From the NCBI GenBank assembly GCA_965204755.1, contig OZ242011.1, positions 3,776,001 through 3,840,000 of the forward strand: DNA of 64,000 nucleotides, given 5' to 3'. Position 1 is the first letter of the stretch. Each line of letters opens with the position of its first letter. The DNA comes from Candidatus Marinacidobacterium sp. (GTDB taxonomy: Bacteria; Acidobacteriota; Vicinamibacteria; Marinacidobacterales; Marinacidobacteraceae). Under the pieces are notes generated by a model that worked only from the letters and a program-made list of their open reading frames with translations, had not been told where the DNA came from and did not search any database. Made by a program: the position numbers and the translations under genes. This document shows positions 46,512-56,909 of this stretch, one piece after another.

Positions 46512-49207
46512 CCTTCGCGCCGGAGGTCGAGGAGCAGGCGGAGGGCCGGGTCGTAGGTCGGGGCGATCTCCAGCGCTTCGAGCACCCGCCGCCGGGCCCC
46601 CGGCCGGTCGCCGCTCCGCCGGAGGGCCGCCGCCAGGAGGAACAGCGCTTCGGCGCGGTCCGGCGGGTCGGCGGCGAGGGCGGCGCGCCGTTCGCGCACC
46701 TCGATCCGGTGGTCCGCCGCGGCCGCCGCCGCCTCGGCCAGCAGTTCGTGCGGCTCGGCGAACAGCGGATAGGCGAGGAGCGCCGACTCGAGCGCCTCGG
46801 CGGCGGCTTGGTGGTTCCCGGCCTCGCGCTCGATCTCCGCGAGGAGCAACCAGTCCTCGTACGCGGAGGGGACGCGGGCCAGGTGGCGGCGGAGGGCGCC
46901 GGCGGCCTCGGGCCCGCGTCCGGCGCGGCGGTGGATCCGGGCGAGGAGGCGGAAGGGGCCGTTCGGGCCGCCGTATTCGGGGATCAGTTCGGCCGCGCGA
47001 CGGAGGTGATCGGCGGCCTCCTCGTCGCGTTCCGCCTCGAACAGCGCCACCCCGGCCCGCAGTTGGGAGGGGAAGTCCTCCGGCGAGCGCTCGGCGGCCT
47101 CGACCGAGGCTTCCAACCCCGACGGGGCCCCTTCCTCGACCGGGCGGGCGCCGGGCGCCGGGCGCGTCGGCGCGCCCCCGCGAGCGGCGCCGAGGCTCGC
47201 GGCGGCTCGGCCGAACCGCTCCTCGATCCGGGCGCTCACCGCGGCGTCCAGGGCCTCGACCGGGGCGCCGAGGACCGTCTCGATCGCCTCCGCGCTCGAC
47301 GCGCCGCGCCGGAACGCCCGGAGCATGCCCAGGATCGCCGGGAACCCGTGGTCGGCTTCGATCTGTTCCACCACGAGCGAGGCATGGTAGTAGGAGACCC
47401 CCACCTGCCCCGGCCACTTCGGACGGACGAAACCCTCGTTCATCTCGCCCACCGGGAGCAGCCGGTCGTCCCGGAGCGCCGCCAGGAAGGGCGCCGGAAC
47501 GCCGTCGCCGAATCGGCGCCGTTCCTCGTACTGGCTGAGCCCCTCGGTGAACCATCGGGGGATCCGGTTGTCGGTCAGCCCCATCGTGATGGTGTGGCCG
47601 AGTTCGTGCCAGAGCGTCGAGGCCCAGTGGTACGCGCCGGGCGGCCGCGCCGACGGGGACTCCATCGCCAGCGTGTCGCCGAAGCAGACGCCGTGGGCGC
47701 CGATCCCGGCGAGGCCGACGGTGCGGACCGAGAAGTCGGCGGAGCGGTCGTAGAGTTCGATGCGGACCCCCGCTTCGGGGCGGAACCCGTAGCGGTCGGC
47801 GAACTCGGCCAAGGCTTCCCTCGCGACTTCCTCCACATACGGGGCGAGGAGGTCGGCCTCGGCTTCGGGCAGGACGAGGGTGAGCGGCGGGAGATCGAGG
47901 ACCCGGAACCCGTCCAACTCGTCCAGCAGGTCGAGCGTGTTCTTGACCAGGGCGTCGAACGGGTCGCGCCGGAAGGCGTCCCGCAGGACGGCGCGGCCCT
48001 CGTCCATCTCTCCCAGCCGGAGCAGGTTCTGGCCGAGCAGGCGCGCCGCCGCCGGGGAATCCGGACGGAGGGCCGCGGCCGCCCGGGCGCGCTCCGCGGC
48101 TTCCCGGTAGCGCCGTCCCCGCTCGGCCGCCTCCGCGAGCCCGAGGTCGAATCGCGGGTCACCGGGCCGCAGGGCGCGGAAGCGGCTCTCCGTTTCGGCC
48201 AGCCGCTCCCCGCGATCGGCGAGGAAGAAGGCGGCGCCGAGCGCGGCGAGGGGTTCGGGGGCCTCCGGCAGGAGAGACGACGCGGCTTCGGCGGCGGCGA
48301 TCGCTTCCTCGGTCCGCTCGGCCTCCAGCAGCCGCCGGACGCGGAACGCGGCGGCGTCCGGGTGGCCGGGGTTGACGGCCAGCGCGGCGGCGAGCGGGTC
48401 TTCGCCTTCGGGGTGGGCCTGCCCGCGCTGCCGGGCCACCCGGGCCAGTCCGAGCAGGGCGTCGGGGTGCCGGGGGTTCCGCTCCAGCACCGAAGTGAAC
48501 GAGTCGAGCGCGTCAGCGGTGTTGAACTTCTCGAGCAGCAGGTTCCCGGCGCGCAGGCGGGGCGCGGGGTCGGCGGGATCGAGGAGCGCCGCTTCGTCGA
48601 ACACGCGCAACGCGTCCCGGAAGAGACCGGTGCTCCGGAACCCGAGGCGCGCCGCTGCGGCGCCGGCGGCGGTCAACGCCGGCGCGCCGAGCGCGCCCGA
48701 CGGGGCGCGGTTGTACGCGGTGATCACCCGGTCGAGGCGGTCGAGAGCCGCCTCGCGCTCGCCGGCGGTCATCTCCAGTTCGGCGAGTTCCACTTGAGCG
48801 GGAAGGTCGAGGTCGGCCGGAAGACCGGGCTCGGCCAGGAGCGCCCCGAGCAGCCGGCGGGCCGGGGCGGTCTCGCCCGTTTCCCGGTGGAGGCGGGCGC
48901 GGGCGAGCCGGCGGGCGGGGCTCGCCTCCCCGGACTCCAGCGTCTCCAGCGCCTCGCGGTACCGCCCGGTGAGCCGAAGGGTCTCGACCAGCCCGAGCCG
49001 GGCGCCGGGGGACTCGATCTCCTCCCGGTAGGCCGACTCCGCCTCTTCGTAGGCCCCGCGCCGCAGCGCCTCGGCGGCCGCTTCCGGGCCCCCCGGCCAC
49101 GCGCCGGCGGGAACGGGCTCCTGCGCGGCGGCGGCGGGCGCGAAGCCGGCCGCCAGCAGGCCGAGAGCCGCCGCCCGCGCCGGGCCGAGCGGCAGCGGCG
49201 GTCTCAT
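46508..49207 (-). CDS. TPR protein with a zincin (peptidase MA-like) domain
   Basis: Signal peptide, many TPRs, LWHELGH...PRWFTEGLS. Confidence 0.78.
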   Translation of the reverse strand: MRPPLPLGPARAAALGLLAAGFAPAAAAQEPVPAGAWPGGPEAAAEALRRGAYEEAESAYREEIESPGARLGLVETLRLTGRYREALETLESGEASPARRLARARLHRETGETAPARRLLGALLAEPGLPADLDLPAQVELAELEMTAGEREAALDRLDRVITAYNRAPSGALGAPALTAAGAAAARLGFRSTGLFRDALRVFDEAALLDPADPAPRLRAGNLLLEKFNTADALDSFTSVLERNPRHPDALLGLARVARQRGQAHPEGEDPLAAALAVNPGHPDAAAFRVRRLLEAERTEEAIAAAEAASSLLPEAPEPLAALGAAFFLADRGERLAETESRFRALRPGDPRFDLGLAEAAERGRRYREAAERARAAAALRPDSPAAARLLGQNLLRLGEMDEGRAVLRDAFRRDPFDALVKNTLDLLDELDGFRVLDLPPLTLVLPEAEADLLAPYVEEVAREALAEFADRYGFRPEAGVRIELYDRSADFSVRTVGLAGIGAHGVCFGDTLAMESPSARPPGAYHWASTLWHELGHTITMGLTDNRIPRWFTEGLSQYEERRRFGDGVPAPFLAALRDDRLLPVGEMNEGFVRPKWPGQVGVSYYHASLVVEQIEADHGFPAILGMLRAFRRGASSAEAIETVLGAPVEALDAAVSARIEERFGRAAASLGAARGGAPTRPAPGARPVEEGAPSGLEASVEAAERSPEDFPSQLRAGVALFEAERDEEAADHLRRAAELIPEYGGPNGPFRLLARIHRRAGRGPEAAGALRRHLARVPSAYEDWLLLAEIEREAGNHQAAAEALESALLAYPLFAEPHELLAEAAAAAADHRIEVRERRAALAADPPDRAEALFLLAAALRRSGDRPGARRRVLEALEIAPTYDPALRLLLDLRREG

Positions 49208-50268
49208 CGGGCGCCCGGCTCCCGACTCCCGGTCCGCTCCCGGATCTCCTCCTGGATTCGGGCGAGATCCAGCAGCAGCCGTTCCAGTTCGGCGAAGTAC
49301 TCCTCCTCCGGCATCCCCTCCCGGGTCTCCCGGAGGGCGTCCACCCGCGCCGCCAGTTCGTCGCGTTCGGCGGCGAGGGCCCGCACCTCGTCGCTGTCCG
49401 CGGACCCGGCCGGGGCGCCGGAGGCCGGGGAGAGCGGGTAGGTGCGGGCGGCGAGCACGCCGTCCGAGCCGGGGGCGGCCCGGGGCGCCCCGCTTCCCTC
49501 CCCGTCCCCGTTGTCGTCGAGAAGCGGGTGCTCCGTGCGCAGCAACCCCTCCCGTTCGTACTCCCGCTCCACCTCGGAACGGGCGAACTCGAAGACCTCG
49601 AGGGCGGAGAGCCGGTCGTCCCGGTTGCGGTCGGCCCCGCCCCCGGCGAAGGCGGCCACGAAGTGGCGGGGGAACCGGGTTTCGTTCGTCTCGTGGGCGC
49701 GGGAGGCGGCGAGCACGATCCGGCCGGGCGCGGAGAGCGCGGGGACGAAGCCGCCGGCGGCGCTGCCCAGGTGGGCGACGGTCACCGGGGATCCATCGAA
49801 GGCGTCCAGCATCGGCGCGAGGTCCTCCGGGGCGAGGTCCGGCCCCGGCAGGTTGAACCGCGCGCCCTGCCCTCCCCCGGCGCTCCCGTGCCCGATGAGC
49901 ACCACCGTGAGCGGGTCTCCCCGGGAGTGGGCGGCGGCGAGTTCGGCCAGTTGGCGGCCGATCTCGTCGCGGGCGCTCCGGCCCGCCGGGGCGCACCCTT
50001 CGGAGGCGTCCGCCGCCTCCGCGGGGCGCTCGACCAGAACGCGGACTTCCACCGGCCACGGCAGCGACCGGGCGGCGGCGCAGAGTTCCCCGGCCCACCT
50101 CGTGAACCGCGCGCGGCGTTCCGCGCCCCCGGCGACTCCGGCGACGACCAGGAGGGCCGGCCCGGCCGGCGGCCCCTCCACGCGGGCGCCGGTTCCTCCG
50201 GGCCGCCCTTCGGCGCCGAGCGCCCCCCCGGCGAGCAACGCCGCCGCCAGCGCGGCCGGGCCGATCAC
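49204..50268 (-). CDS. Secreted hypothetical protein (possible caspase/C13-like fold)
   Basis: Signal peptide, VLIGHGS, FNLPGPDL, EF-hand-like DRNRDDRLS; coupled to both neighbours by 4-nt overlaps. Confidence 0.6.
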   Translation of the reverse strand: MIGPAALAAALLAGGALGAEGRPGGTGARVEGPPAGPALLVVAGVAGGAERRARFTRWAGELCAAARSLPWPVEVRVLVERPAEAADASEGCAPAGRSARDEIGRQLAELAAAHSRGDPLTVVLIGHGSAGGGQGARFNLPGPDLAPEDLAPMLDAFDGSPVTVAHLGSAAGGFVPALSAPGRIVLAASRAHETNETRFPRHFVAAFAGGGADRNRDDRLSALEVFEFARSEVEREYEREGLLRTEHPLLDDNGDGEGSGAPRAAPGSDGVLAARTYPLSPASGAPAGSADSDEVRALAAERDELAARVDALRETREGMPEEEYFAELERLLLDLARIQEEIRERTGSREPGAR

Positions 50269-52670
50269 CGGAGGCCCCAGGCGCGGCGCAGACCCCATTC
50301 GGAGACCAGCAGTCCGACCAGCAGGAAGAAGATCGCCGGCATGTTCCAGAGCGGGCGCCGCTCGACCACGGTGGCGCCCGTCTCCGAGAAACTCAGGTCG
50401 GCGGCCAGGGCGCGCGCGTCTTCGACTTCGAAGAGGCGGCCCCCGGTCTCTTCCGCGATCCGGGCGAGGAGCGGCCGGTTCGTCCCCGTCCCGAAGTACT
50501 CGTCCTCCACCTCCCCCACCTCGAAGAAGGCCGCCGCGGCGGCGTCCTCCGGCGCTTCGCCGGCCCCGGTCCCCCGGGCCCGCGCCTCAACCCGGTGGAG
50601 CCCGGACGAGCGGGGGACGAACGACGCGGAGTACTCGCCGTGCCGCCGCCCGGTCCAGCGCAACGGGACGACCTCGACCTCGCCCGACCCGGTCTCGACC
50701 GCCGCCTCGACGGAGGCGCGGCTGACGGCCAGGTAGGCGGCGTCCTCCACCCGGGCGGTCACGGTCACCCGCTCCCCGGCGAGCGCGCTCACCGGCTCGA
50801 CCGAAACCTCCACCCGGCGCGGCGCTTCGGCGGCGAGGAACCGCAGCAGCCGCCGCCAGAGCAACTCGTGGGTCTGGTCTTCCACCGGTATGTCGGCGTG
50901 CATCTGCCAGAGCCAGAAGTCCTGCACGGTGAGGCTCGCCACCCGCCCCCGTCCGAACCGCTGGACGGAGAGCACCGGCTCCGGTTCCCCGCCGCCCTCC
51001 CCGGAGACGCCTTCGAGCAGGGTGACCGCGCCCGGTTTCGGGTTCGCCAGCCGGTTCACCGTGGAGAGCAGCGGCAGCGCGGCGTAGCGGTCCCGGTTCC
51101 GTTCGGCGTCCGGTTCGAGCCGGACGACCGGATGCGAGGCGCCGGCGCGGGTGGGGCGGACCCGCAGCCGACGGAACGCGGCGGGCGAGTCCGCCGAAGC
51201 GCTCCCTCCCGCCGCGGCCCCGGCGCCGTCGCCGAACAACAGGGGCAGCACCTCGGCGACCGGGGTTTCCCGATAGCCGCCCTCCGCATAAGCGCTCCGT
51301 CCGCCGAGAGTCAACAGGCCCCCGCCGCGGCGGCTCACGAAATCCCGCAGCATCCGGAGTTGGTCGGCCGTGAAGAAACTGGCCTCGACGCTGCCCAGGA
51401 TCACCGCCGAGTACCGGAAGAGTTCCTCGCGGGTTTCCGGGAAACCGCCGGCGAGTTCGTCGGCGTCGGCCACATCCACCCGGTAGAACTTGCCGCCGGC
51501 GGTGCGCAGCAGGCACGCGACCCGGAGGCCGGGGTCACCCCGCACCGCCCGGCGGAGGAACTTCATCTCCCACCGTGGCTGCCCCTCGAAATACAGCAGG
51601 TCGAGCGCCCCTTCCTCGACCAGCGTGAGCGCCGTCCGCTCGTTGTTCCGGGTCATCTCCTCGCCCGGCGCCGGGGCGACCCGGAAGCGGAGCCGCCGCA
51701 CGCCCGGCCGCTCGGCGGGCACGGTGAGCGCCACGACCCGGGTGGAGTCCCCCCGTTCCAGCCGGACGGAGCGGGACGCGGCGATGCGGCCTTCGTCCAG
51801 CGCCTCGACCCGGACGGTCTGCCCGCCGTAGCCGCGGGAGAAGACCGGCACCCGCACTTCGACTTCCGACCCGAGCAGGAGGCGCGGGGGGAGGTCCGGC
51901 GGCCCGATCTCCAGGTCCCGTTCGGGCGCGGAGCGGCCGACGGCGACCGGGTACACCCGGATCCCGCGCCCGCGCAGGTCGAGCAGCGCCTCGCCGAGGG
52001 CGTCCTCCCGCTCCTCCGCGGTCCCTTCCTTCCCGGCGGCGGTGTCCGCTCCGTCGGTGAGCAGGACCAGGCCGGCCACGGGAAGCGACGAGAGGTCGGC
52101 CGCCGCCGAGCGGAGCGCGGAGGCCAGGTCGGTGCGCGGCGCCGAAAGCGTCAGGACTTCCTCCGGCGGCGAATCGGGCGGGAGCCGCTCCGCCCCGTCG
52201 CCCCCGAACCGGTAGCGGCGCAGGACGAACTGCTCCCGAAGCACCGGCCCGAGCGCCCCGTCACCACCCGCCCCGTCCGGAGGAAAGAAGGCCTCGCGGA
52301 TCCGGTCGCCCCGGCGGAGGGGCGTTCCGTCCGGGGCCTCGCCGGCGTCCGGGAGGCGCATGCTGGCCGAGTCGTCGAAGAGGACGCCGACCACATTCTC
52401 CTGCGGGACGACGGTGGAGATCACCAGTTCCGGACGGAACAGCGCGAACAGGAGCAGGACGAGAGTCGACGCCCGGAGTCCGGCGAGCAGCAGCCGGCCG
52501 GCCCGGCCGGCGCGTCCCCGGCCCGGACGCCGGTAGCCGGAGAGGAAGAGGGCCGCGGCCAGCGCGGCGAGAACCCCGGCGGCGAGGAGCGGCCAGGGCC
52601 AGGCGAACTCGATCCGCCCTCGCTCGAACGCGGCGAGCGGGCTGCTCAGCAGCCAGTCGAGCCAGGACAA
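50265..52670 (-). CDS. Membrane protein with VWA-like and glutamine amidotransferase-like domains
   Basis: DDSASM, LLTDG, EGQPRWEMKFLRR, GGGLLTLGG, C-terminal TM EWGLRRAWG. Confidence 0.7.
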   Translation of the reverse strand: MSWLDWLLSSPLAAFERGRIEFAWPWPLLAAGVLAALAAALFLSGYRRPGRGRAGRAGRLLLAGLRASTLVLLLFALFRPELVISTVVPQENVVGVLFDDSASMRLPDAGEAPDGTPLRRGDRIREAFFPPDGAGGDGALGPVLREQFVLRRYRFGGDGAERLPPDSPPEEVLTLSAPRTDLASALRSAAADLSSLPVAGLVLLTDGADTAAGKEGTAEEREDALGEALLDLRGRGIRVYPVAVGRSAPERDLEIGPPDLPPRLLLGSEVEVRVPVFSRGYGGQTVRVEALDEGRIAASRSVRLERGDSTRVVALTVPAERPGVRRLRFRVAPAPGEEMTRNNERTALTLVEEGALDLLYFEGQPRWEMKFLRRAVRGDPGLRVACLLRTAGGKFYRVDVADADELAGGFPETREELFRYSAVILGSVEASFFTADQLRMLRDFVSRRGGGLLTLGGRSAYAEGGYRETPVAEVLPLLFGDGAGAAAGGSASADSPAAFRRLRVRPTRAGASHPVVRLEPDAERNRDRYAALPLLSTVNRLANPKPGAVTLLEGVSGEGGGEPEPVLSVQRFGRGRVASLTVQDFWLWQMHADIPVEDQTHELLWRRLLRFLAAEAPRRVEVSVEPVSALAGERVTVTARVEDAAYLAVSRASVEAAVETGSGEVEVVPLRWTGRRHGEYSASFVPRSSGLHRVEARARGTGAGEAPEDAAAAAFFEVGEVEDEYFGTGTNRPLLARIAEETGGRLFEVEDARALAADLSFSETGATVVERRPLWNMPAIFFLLVGLLVSEWGLRRAWGLR

Positions 52671-52728
52671 CGGGAGCGCGCGGGGAGGGGAATCGGCGGC
52701 GGCGGGATCTCGGAGTGCGGCGCCGCCG

Positions 52729-53553
52729 TCAGTGGGTCATCGCGTAGATGATCAGGTTCACTCCCATCTCGTAGGCGTAGGTCGAGTAGCGCAGCGGGTA
52801 GTGCGGGTTTTCCCACCACTCCCAGGCGTCGCCCAGGTCGGTGTTCCAGTTGGCGACCACCATCAGGCGCCGCTCGTCGTCGAAGATGCCGTACACCGTG
52901 GGCGTGTAGCCGTCGCGCTCCCAAGTGGGACCGCCGCGGATCCCCTGCCCCACATTGGGCACCTGGACGATCTCGTCCACCACATACAGCGAGCGGAAGA
53001 TCGGGTGGTCGAGGGGCACCTCCTCGATGGCGCGGCCGGGGAACACCCGGTCCATCTCCCGGGCGAAGTTGAGCCACTCCTGGGTGCCCCAGAAGTCGTC
53101 CACCATCAGGAAGCCGCCGGAAAGGAGATAGCGCCGCAGCCCGGCGACTTCCTCGTCGGTCATCGCCATGTAGCCGACTTCGACCGCGTAGAGGAACGGG
53201 TAGCGGCCGAGTTCGGGATCGTTCAGCAGCACCTCGTTCTCCCAGGCGTACGCGTCCAGGTTCGTGTACCGGCGAAGCCCGATGAGGAACTGCCGGTCCG
53301 CCTTGGGGTAGTCCACATGCCACCCGCGCCAGCCGTAACTCGAATAGACGGCGCGGGTGAAGTAGAAGTCGTGGGGCGGGCGGAGGCCGGGGGCCGGGCC
53401 GAACGGGTCCGCCCCGGCGCGGGCGTCGCCGGTGGCCGACCGCAGGAACTCACGGATCTGCTCCGGGCTCGGCTGCGTTTCGAGCGCCGGCGCGGCGAGC
53501 AGCAGCAACCCGGCGGCGCCGAACGGCCGAAGACCGCGCCAGCGGCCGGTCAC
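52729..53553 (-). CDS. DUF4159 domain protein (start uncertain)
   Basis: WHVDYPKAD, GGFLMVDDFWG, NTDLGDAWEW, MGVNLIIYAMTH. Confidence 0.8.
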   Translation of the reverse strand: MTGRWRGLRPFGAAGLLLLAAPALETQPSPEQIREFLRSATGDARAGADPFGPAPGLRPPHDFYFTRAVYSSYGWRGWHVDYPKADRQFLIGLRRYTNLDAYAWENEVLLNDPELGRYPFLYAVEVGYMAMTDEEVAGLRRYLLSGGFLMVDDFWGTQEWLNFAREMDRVFPGRAIEEVPLDHPIFRSLYVVDEIVQVPNVGQGIRGGPTWERDGYTPTVYGIFDDERRLMVVANWNTDLGDAWEWWENPHYPLRYSTYAYEMGVNLIIYAMTH

Positions 53554-53912
53554 CGGGGCGGGGCCGGAGGGGTGCGGCGGGCGCCGGGCGCTGACGGCAG
53601 GGACGGGCGGCGCACCGAGTTCGTTCGCGGGCCGCCCGCGCGGCGAAGCGCCCGGCGGGAAGCGGGCAGGCGAATCACGGGCGGCGGCGCGGGAGAGTAT
53701 CGCGCCCCGCAGCCCCCTCCGGGAGCGCTTTTCGACCGCCGGGGAGCGGGCGCCCGGCTGGTAGAATCGGCGGTTCCGCCGGGGGCGCCGCGCGGCTGCC
53801 GCCGCGTCCGGCGGGGCGGTCGTTCGCCGGGTTTCGAGAGGTCCGGGAGACCGGGCGCCGACTTGCGGAACGACGAACACCGGGCAAGACATCGAACAAC
53901 GGAGGTAAGGCC

Positions 53913-54986
53913 GTGACATCGAGCCTTCGCATCCTGCTGCCGGCGGCGCTCGCCGCAGCCGCGGCCTGCGGCGGCGGGCCGCCGACGGACGACCCGATGC
54001 CCGCGGCTTCCACGCCGGAAGCGTTCGTCCCCGGACCGCCGGCGGACTTCGCCGACCCGGTGATCCCGGCGGACAACCCGCAGACGCCGGAGAAGGTCGC
54101 CCTCGGCAAGCAGTTGTATTTCGACGAGCGCCTGTCCGCTGACGGAACCCGCTCCTGCTATTCCTGCCACCTGGTCGAGAACGGACTCACGGACGGCAAG
54201 CCGGTCGCCGAGGGCGCGCTGGGGCGGGTGCTGACCCGCTCGAGCCCGACGCTGTGGAACATCGCTTACCACACGCAGTTCTACTGGGACGGGCGGAGCG
54301 GCTCGCTGGAGGCGCAGGCGCGCGCGGCCTGGACCGGCGGCAACATGGGGGCGGACGCCGACGAGGCGGTGGCCGCGCTGAACGGGATCGAGGGCTACCG
54401 GACGCAGTTCGAGGAGGTCTTCGGCGGGCCGGCCACCCCGGAGAATGTGGTGCAGGCCATCGCCGCGTTCGAGCGCGACGCCTTCTACTGCGGCGACACC
54501 GACTACGACCGCTGGCGGCGGGGCGAGGCTTCCGCGATCCCGGAGGCGGCGCAGCGCGGCGCGGAACTCTTCACGGCGGGGGCCGGCTGCGCCGCCTGCC
54601 ACAGCGGCGTCCTGTTCACCGACCTGAAGTACCACAATGTGGGAATCGGGATGGACGCCGAGGAGCCCGACCTCGGCCGCGGACGGGTCACCGAGGAAGC
54701 GCAGTGCAGCACGACCGACGACGAGCCCTGCCAGGGGGCGTTCAAGACGCCGACCCTGCGCGACATCACGAAGAGCGCCCCGTACTTCCACGACGGGAGC
54801 GTGGCGACGCTCGAAGAGGCGGTGCGGCTCATGGCGAGCGGCGGGCTGCCCAACGAGTACCTGGACACCGACGAACTGCAGGACCGGAACCTGGACGACG
54901 CGCAGATCGCCGACCTGCTGGCGTTCCTCGGGACGCTGGAATGCCGGAACGCGGAGGACATCTTCGCCCGGCCGTCCCTGCCCTAG
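53913..54986 (+). CDS. Dihaem cytochrome c peroxidase/MauG-family lipoprotein
   Basis: RBS GGAGGT; lipobox AAAC; two CxxCH (CYSCH, CAACH); QFYWDGR; FKTPTLR; PYFHDG. Confidence 0.88.
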   Translation: MTSSLRILLPAALAAAAACGGGPPTDDPMPAASTPEAFVPGPPADFADPVIPADNPQTPEKVALGKQLYFDERLSADGTRSCYSCHLVENGLTDGKPVAEGALGRVLTRSSPTLWNIAYHTQFYWDGRSGSLEAQARAAWTGGNMGADADEAVAALNGIEGYRTQFEEVFGGPATPENVVQAIAAFERDAFYCGDTDYDRWRRGEASAIPEAAQRGAELFTAGAGCAACHSGVLFTDLKYHNVGIGMDAEEPDLGRGRVTEEAQCSTTDDEPCQGAFKTPTLRDITKSAPYFHDGSVATLEEAVRLMASGGLPNEYLDTDELQDRNLDDAQIADLLAFLGTLECRNAEDIFARPSLP

Positions 54987-55021
54987 CGAAGGATCACGCG
55001 GACACGGAGGGTTCGATCCGG

Positions 55022-55321
55022 ATGGAAGTGCGTTTCGAGGGGCGGGGCGACCGCTGGAGCGGCGCCGCCGAGAAGGCCGAGCGGGGCGAAGCGGACAAGC
55101 ACCAGCCGTATTCGGTGCGGGTGACGAACGAGGGCGGCGAGACCGCGGAAGGCACGATGCTGGTCACCGCCCTGGCCGAGCAGAAGGCCGCCGAGTCGGA
55201 GGACGGAGGCGCCCGCCTCGGACGCGCCTTCTCACAGGCGCTCACCGCGGAGTTGGGCCTGAGGCCCCTGAAGTCCGGATTCCGCTTCGTCCTCGACCAC
55301 CGCTGGGTGGTCGGCTACTGA
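55022..55321 (+). CDS. Small hypothetical protein (99 aa)
   Basis: ATG preceded by GGAGG; GC3-rich coding pattern; follows the peroxidase. Confidence 0.55.
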   Translation: MEVRFEGRGDRWSGAAEKAERGEADKHQPYSVRVTNEGGETAEGTMLVTALAEQKAAESEDGGARLGRAFSQALTAELGLRPLKSGFRFVLDHRWVVGY

Positions 55322-55520
55322 CCGCGACCGAACCCTGAGCGCCGCCCGCCGGCGGCCTTCTTTTACCGCGGATCCTTCCGCGATCGCGCCCCGCACGGTG
55401 TCCGGCAGTCGGACCGAAGCGTCGGCTCTCGGCCTTGCCGGCGGAGGAGGCGCGGGGCTCCGGGCTTCCCGGCTATCGAGGAGGATGGATCCTCGCGGCA
55501 AGCGGACTCGACCACGCGGC

Positions 55521-55838
55521 TCAGCGTCGGGTCACCTGAATGAGAGCCCTCACTATGGCGGCGGCGGGCGCGGCGACCGCGCCGAATCCGGCCAGAGTGT
55601 GGCCCGCGTCCACGAGCCACAAGCCTGCCGCGACCAAGGATAGAGCCAGGAAAGCAGCAATCCACTGTGTTTGAAGCGCCAACATCCGCCGCCCCCGATC
55701 GTTCTTCCAACCGTTGGCGGCGTGGCCCTCGGCCATGGCGATGATGCGGGCGGCGAGCCCGGGCAGAGTCGCTTCGTATCTCTCGAGATCAGCCGCCGAT
55801 GGCAGTGGGCCGATGTGGATCTGCTGGCGGACGGCCAC
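55521..55838 (-). CDS. DUF2335-like membrane protein
   Basis: GPLPS...LERYE..LPG.A.RIIAMAE followed by two TM helices. Confidence 0.7.
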   Translation of the reverse strand: MAVRQQIHIGPLPSAADLERYEATLPGLAARIIAMAEGHAANGWKNDRGRRMLALQTQWIAAFLALSLVAAGLWLVDAGHTLAGFGAVAAPAAAIVRALIQVTRR

Positions 55839-55872
55839 CGACCTACCGGGATCCCCCGGCGACGGTCGCTGC

Positions 55873-56160
55873 CTATCGCGGTGGCTCGAGTTGCTCAGTG
55901 CGCCGCGCCGCCCGGGCCCGCTCGTATTCGGGCTCCACGGCGCCCATCGCCGATCGCAGGTCGTCTCCGACTCGCATCCAAGTCTCCCGCATGGCTTCTT
56001 CCGGCGTCTGGCTCGGAATCTCGATGACGGGATCCAAGCGGAAGATCTGCTTCAGGGCCTCAAGCAGCGATGGCGGCCGCCCGGCGACGGAACTTCGTCC
56101 GGATTGGGCCGGTCCGGCGCTTCTCCGGCGTGCCTGGCGGTCATGCTCGGTCATCGACAA
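55873..56160 (-). CDS. Small hypothetical protein upstream of the DUF2335-like gene
   Basis: EAMRETWMRVGDDLRSAM resembles a motif I recall in small genes preceding DUF2335. Confidence 0.5.
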   Translation of the reverse strand: MSMTEHDRQARRRSAGPAQSGRSSVAGRPPSLLEALKQIFRLDPVIEIPSQTPEEAMRETWMRVGDDLRSAMGAVEPEYERARAARRTEQLEPPR

Positions 56161-56163
56161 GCA

Positions 56164-56909
56164 TCATAACGGGAAAGCCCGCCGCGCCCGGCAGTCTCGT
56201 CGGTTCTGCTGATGCGACGGCGGCGCCGGACGATGCGCGCCACCGCCTCTATGCGTTCGCGGCTGTCGGCGCCCCGTCGGAAGCCCTCGACGGCTTGGCC
56301 GGCATCGGAGGGATGAGGTCCGGCAGGAGGGCGGATGCCTCCGGCGGACGCGCGGAGGCGCTCGGCGGCGGAGGGCCAGGAAGTCTGCCCGGAGCGTCTC
56401 CTCCCCGCGCTTGCCGTGGATCCGCCGGCACCCCCGCACGCCCAGGTCGCCGTAGCGCGCGATCTTGCCCTCGTCGGCGTGGGTAATCTCGACTTCCACG
56501 ACGAGGTCCGGGCCGTTCTCTTCGAAGAAGGCGTCCGCTGCTCTCTCGCTCTCGGCCAAGGCCGCGAGATGCGCATGGCGCGCTCGCCGACATGGAAGGA
56601 GCAGTCCGGCTCCATGCCGGCGCCGGGGGGCTCCTCTTTCCCGCGCAGGCGAGCGCTCCTGAGTTCGACGGAGGCGAGGTCCAACTCGCTCGCCGCACCG
56701 TCCACGATGTCGTCGAACCCGGTCAGGCGCTGGTGGAGATGCGAGGGGGCCATGAGGACGACCACTCCTCGCACCGGGTCCAGGCACACCCGGCGGAACC
56801 GGCTGGTCCGGTCCAAGCCGGCGAGGGCGGCCACCGTCGCCGCGTCCGCCCGGAGGTGATAGATGGTCGAGCCGAGCGGCCCCACGAAACTCGTGCTCGC
56901 GCCCGGCAT
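56164..56909 (-). pseudogene. Uma2/DUF820 endonuclease copy 5, frameshifted
   Basis: Starts MPGASTSFVGPLG; homology continues across three reading frames (ORFs ending 56151, 56164 and again 56151). Confidence 0.75.

Noticed and set aside
46508-50098. 1196-aa ORF as one protein (and similarly extended starts for pal, cpoB, moxR and the Uma2 copies)
   Set aside because: The N-terminal extensions overlap upstream genes; coupled starts, several with signal peptides, fit better.
53560-53910. Possible ncRNA or riboswitch upstream of the peroxidase
   Set aside because: Only generic GC-rich pairing and a TGGTAGAAT -10-like word; no recognisable family motif.
55341-55364. Intrinsic terminator after the small ORF
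   Set aside because: The stem is short and the U-tract interrupted; plausible but too weak to call.
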